A stretch of 64,000 nucleotides of DNA, from the NCBI GenBank assembly GCA_030704615.1, contig CM060731.1, forward strand, positions 44,888,001-44,952,000, in the 5' to 3' direction. The notes under the pieces are model-generated. The model saw only the letters and a list, made by a program, of their open reading frames with translations, did no database searches and was not told where the DNA came from. Numbering within the stretch: position 1 is the first letter of the stretch; the number at the start of each line of letters is the position of its first letter. Made by a program: the position numbers and the translations under genes. Of this stretch, positions 59,511 through 64,000 are shown piece by piece. Source of the DNA: Takakia lepidozioides. Lineage: Eukaryota > Plantae > Bryophyta.

Positions 59511-59850
59511 GCATGTGTGGAGCATGTATTCAGCTCATTAAAGCTTCCATCTTCAAACTTGGAGGACAAGCAAGGAAGAGGGAAGAGCTGACTTCCCTTA
59601 TGTTAGGGCAATGCATAGAGCATGCTTTCAGCCTGTTGAAGGCTTGTACTTTCAGGTTTGGGAGTGCAAGAAAGGAAGGGAGGGGCTGGTTCCCCTGTAG
59701 GGCATGTGTGGAGCATGCTTTCAGCCCGCTGAAGCTTGTATTTTCAGGTTTGGGAGTGCAAGAAAGGAATGAAGGAGTTGGTTTCCCTGTAGGGCATGTG
59801 TGGAGCATGCATTCAGCCTAGTTAGGCCTCCATCTTTAAGCTTTGGAGAG
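59511..59850. repeat. ~92-bp tandem repeat x4 inside the LTR
   Basis: GCATGTGTGGAGCATG.TTCAGC units at ~59511, 59608, 59702 and 59793. Confidence 0.85.
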
Positions 59851-60329
59851 CTAGAAGAGAAGGTAAGGGGCTGATCTGCTCTTATGTGACAGTCCGACAC
59901 TTGTAGAGCGTGTTATGAGTTGGGGTTTCACCTACAAGCCTAGATAGAGCATGGCTCTTGAAGTGGCAGGTGTAGGGGGCTGGAATAGGCTCTAAGACAC
60001 ATTCTATGGCCAAGAAGAGCGCATGAATAAGTGCCTACAAGGGCTGGAAGTAAGCCATGTTTGGTTAGTCGCCATAGGGATCAATGACGCTGTTTTGTGA
60101 GTTAAAAGGAAGCTTGTGCACTTAGTTTCGGTTGCAAACATCTTCCCTTGGAATTAGAGCTACTATTGGTGGTGTGTGGGGGCCACAAAGAGCAAGAATA
60201 TCTTGCTGATTTCCTCACAGCCGCCATAGCTCGGTGCAAAGAAGCCTAGAGTCCAAGAGACACAAACCCTAGCTCGGCGTGGCTAAACCCCTTGGAGAAA
60301 TGGCTAAACTGTCATGAGTGGCCATGGAT

Positions 60330-60770
60330 GGGGCTGTGGCGGGCTATGACAGGCTGTGCCCTGTGGCCTGTGGGGCTGTGACGGGCTGTGACAGGTTGTG
60401 ATGGGCTGTGAGGGGCTGTGAGGGGCTGTGACAGGCTGTGCCTGTGGCCTTTGGGGCTGTGAGGGGCTGTGTCAGGCTGTGACCTGTGGCCTGTGGGGCT
60501 GTGACGGATTGTGATAGGCTGTGCCTATGGCCTTTAGGGCTGTGACGGGCTGTGACAGGCTGTGACCTGTGGCCTGTGGGGCTGTGATGGACTGTGACAG
60601 GCTGTGACATGTGGCCTTTGGTGCCGTGAGGGGCTGTGACAGGCTGTGCCATGTGGCCTTTGGGGTTGTGACGGGCTATGACCTGTGGCCTTGGGGGCTG
60701 TGACCTGTGGCCTGTGGCCTGTGTGGGGTTGTGACGGCTGTGACCAGTGATCTGTGTGGGCCTGTGCTGG
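60330..60770. repeat. Compound minisatellite (GGCTGTGAC[G/A] and CCTGTGG units) inside the LTR
   Basis: Read directly: 10-bp and 7-bp units arranged in higher-order blocks. Confidence 0.92.
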
Positions 60771-63700
60771 TCTGTGTTGATATGTGGACGGCCTATGCTA
60801 ACTCGTGGAGGCACTGGTGGACTGCCTGGGGACTGGCATGTGGTCTTGAAGGCCGAATTTTGACGCTCGTGGAGGGCGGTTTGAGGAGTATCTTCATGAT
60901 ATTCCCATGGTCATGCAAGTGAGGGTAGAGAGGAGAGGAAGAGTGTTGGGATGAGGGCATGTTGGGGTTAGGCATTGCTTTAGCTTCTCTTCCTCATAGT
61001 TTTCCACCCTCTCATAATGCCAAGACCTTTCCGTAGGTGGAGGCAAGAATCAGTCCAGGTTTGGGCTGGGGTGTCCTTGCAGGAGCAACACCGTGGAGTT
61101 GTTTTTGGTGTGGGGGAGTTGTCGTTCTGATTTCTTGTGTTTGAATTCCCCCCATACCTGCATGCTTGACTGTGTGCCATGTTAGTTTTGTGTGGGCATT
61201 TGTTTTTTTATAGGTGATTGGTCCAGATTTGATCACAGGCCAGTCCTAGAACATGCTGTCGATGGTGAGGCTGGGGTGATGACCAGTCAGACCATCATTG
61301 TTTCTCCTGTGGTGAGGTTGGAGGTGATGACCAGCCAACCATAGGAGTGCTTGCGGTGGATGCAGATGCAGGTGTAGGCTATGTTAGGAACCTAGTATTC
61401 CAAACCATAAGCCGCAACAGGTTCTCTACCCGGTTACCTTGTGGAGAGGGGGTTAGGGACATATTCATGACCGGTTGAGTGACAGTTGTCAACACGGAGG
61501 TGCCACTAGCTGGGGACAGTGCCGGTTTGAGCACTAGCGATACTAGTGGGTACTCGAGACGAGGTGTGCGGTTTAGGCCACCTTCACCTCCTGTATCTTC
61601 TACATAAGGTTCTGATTCGGATTGTGAATCAGGAGGACTCATACCGGCGGTGCAAGTTGTTTCCTTACCATTGTTGTGGGACACAATGGAGGAGATGTAT
61701 GGAGCTACCAAGGGGCCACGAAGGTACTCTGGGGCGGTGGGCACCATCGAGTTGGATGATTTTATCCAAGAGTTTGATAGTTGGTATGATTTGCAGCAAA
61801 TGCGCAATCCACAACTATTGACGCCTTTCATGGCATGGAAGGGGCTATTTCAGCACCTTGAGGGGCCGCCTATGGATGATTACCATGAGTTCAGGTGGGG
61901 GCATGAGGTTGAGATCGAGGAGTGGAGGATGTATTGGTCACCCGACTATGTCTCCATCACTAGGGGTACTAGAGCCACGAGGGTAGTGGCTACACCTGCC
62001 GCTGCACCGGCAGTTTCAGCAAGCAGCAGTGGGACTAGTGGGACTGGTGGTACCGTAGCTACGACATCCACCCAAGCCACTACCGCACCAGCACCAGTAC
62101 CCGTGCCTGCCTTCAACCCTGTTGTGGAGTTCTTCGAAGAGTTGAGAGGGACCTATCAAGGGGTGAGGACAGAGAAGTTGCGGAGCTTGCAAGAGTTCCA
62201 ACGGAAGCCTACTAAGAGCTTGAGGGAGGCTTTCACTCGCATGAGGCGCTTGATAAATGTAACCCAAGGGGTTACGGAAGCTCAGGCAGTCCAATTCTGG
62301 TATGGGATATTGGACAAGGAGTTGAGGAGAAGGATGCGGGATGCAACTCTCCTACAAGCGGCCCAACCCACCTTAGCAAATGTGTTTTTGCTGGTAGAGC
62401 GGATAGAGCTCAACATGGTGGGGGAACGAATGGTCATGGTGGGATTTGCTAAGGAGACACCACGGGGTAGTGATGCTTCTAGCCAACCACTACCTCAACG
62501 TGCTCAAGGCAACAAGGGGGCTCAAGTGAAGCTCAGGGAAGGACAGAGAGGACCTCAGATGCACGGGTCTCTCCCTTCATTTGCAAGCCAACAACGGGCA
62601 GAGGTGGTGTGTTGGACATGTGGAGGACCCCATGTCAAGAAGGATTGCCCAGAGGGAGGCAAAGGGTCGGCACATGCACAGCCTGCACAGTTGCAGTGTG
62701 GGCATTGTGGCAAACACGGGCATGGAGAGGCCCAGTGTTATGGTTTGCATCCTGAGTTGCGCCCAGGCCAGTTCCAAGGGAACAATGGTGGCCGGGGGCG
62801 AGGTGGAGCAGCCCAGGGAGGACGAGGTGGCCAGGCACAAGGTGCAGGCCAAAGATAAGCTCAACATGGCCAAGGATGCGGAGGTCAGGGTGTTGACCAA
62901 GGCATGGCCAACCGGCTTCAGCAGCTAGAGCAGATGCTCGCTGCCATGGCTACAGCTCAGGTGGTACCGGCTCCAAGGCCGGATGGTCCACCTCTTGCTC
63001 CTGATGGAGGAGATATGGGAGACATGGGATTCATGTACGGGGCAACACTACCACTAGTGCAAGTAGAGTCGGCGGGCGGCAGTAACCCGAGGAGCAGCAC
63101 GAGTTCCTGAGCCACAAGGTTCAAGTGTGGAGTTGGATCCACAGCGTGGGGAGGCAAGCCATCAGGCTAGGCTTCCTCAGTCATTCACATTGGCAGAGAC
63201 AGTGTCGACGCCATCCATGGCACCTAGTTCTCGCCCGACTGTTACCGAGGCGGAGGTTACTATGCCATTGGGAAGAGCTACACGGGCAGCAACACTACTT
63301 AATGTTGCCAAGGCTACGGCAGCTAGTGTACTGCTGGGAGCGGCCATATCTGTGTGCAAGGCTCCATTGTTCTCGACTATCATGATTGCGACGCCGGGGA
63401 TAAGACCAGCTAAGATGTTCAGGCTGGCAGCTACACTCTGTGAGAGTGGGGATGTTACTTCATCTTCTGCGGAGATAGTGGGAGGTGTAGTGCCGGAGGG
63501 ATCCTCGGATTTGAGGGTCAAGACTGCCACGGCGGCGCCATGGCAAGCTATAACTGCCAGGTTGATGGAGCTGCCAGCTAGGCCAGCCATTGAGCGCGCC
63601 ATGGTGACACCTGGAGTTGTCATGTTAGACAACCATGATGACATTTTCTGTTTGAGTGGACCGGCAGGCAAGAGGTACCGGCCACTGCAGGTCTTGTTGG

Positions 63701-64000
63701 ACTCAGGAGCTCAGCCATTGATGCTGGGCAGAGCTGCTATTGCAGGCTTGGGCCTCACGGAGGCGGATATGGAGCCTTGTCCTTCCCAGATACAGACGTC
63801 TCTGGGAGGATCGGAGCAGGCTCGGGGCATGACACGGCGTGAATTGGCTATCAGACTACGGCCGGATCACCCTACAGATGGCTTAGTGATGCGAGCCAAG
63901 GCCATTGTGACAGACGCGGTCTCGTACGATGGTTGGTGGGGCAATGTTGTACCCTATGGGCTTCACCCTGGATTTTTGGGAGGAGCCAGCTTCCTATAGG

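Larger units (their letters stand above)
58550..64000 (+). mobile_element. Ty3/gypsy-type LTR retrotransposon (bryophyte-type gag), cut by the window end
   Basis: Putative LTR 58550-61484 with perfect 8-bp inverted ends TGTCACTC/GAGTGACA. gag ORF 61650-62858 (YSGAVGTIELDDFIQEFDSW...; knuckles CWTCGGPHVKKDC and CGHCGKHGHGEAQC). Aspartic protease VLLDSGAQ at ~63691. Premature stop at 62856 and a frameshift near 63110-63127. Confidence 0.85.

Noticed and set aside
60344-60814. 156-aa minus-strand ORF
   Set aside because: Artefact of translating the minisatellite.

Overview
Nuclear DNA of a non-seed land plant, most likely a bryophyte. This is inferred from GT-AG introns, PLS-class PPR fragments and a bryophyte-type Ty3/gypsy gag. 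The left ~25 kb is gene-rich and holds three intact spliced genes: V-ATPase subunit B (+, 14 exons), a plastid-targeted 2Fe-2S ferredoxin-like protein (+, 7 exons) and a kinesin-8 (-, 10 exons). It also holds a sphingolipid delta-4 desaturase pseudogene. The right ~39 kb is mostly mobile elements and gene fragments: an OSB-like remnant, a tRNA-derived SINE, a 2.8-kb Pack-MULE, LINE and CACTA remnants, an orphan OST3/6 half-gene, a PPR + SEC-C fragment cluster and three Ty3/gypsy elements. The Pack-MULE has a 9-bp TSD, is inserted into an F-box pseudogene, and carries a PPR fragment plus eight spaced 28-bp palindromes. Of the gypsy elements, one has a tRNA-Ala PBS and a long extension upstream of gag, one is a truncated tRNA-iMet element, and one has a 2.9-kb LTR with no canonical PBS and a candidate self-priming duplex. 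All calls were made by eye; no database searches were run.
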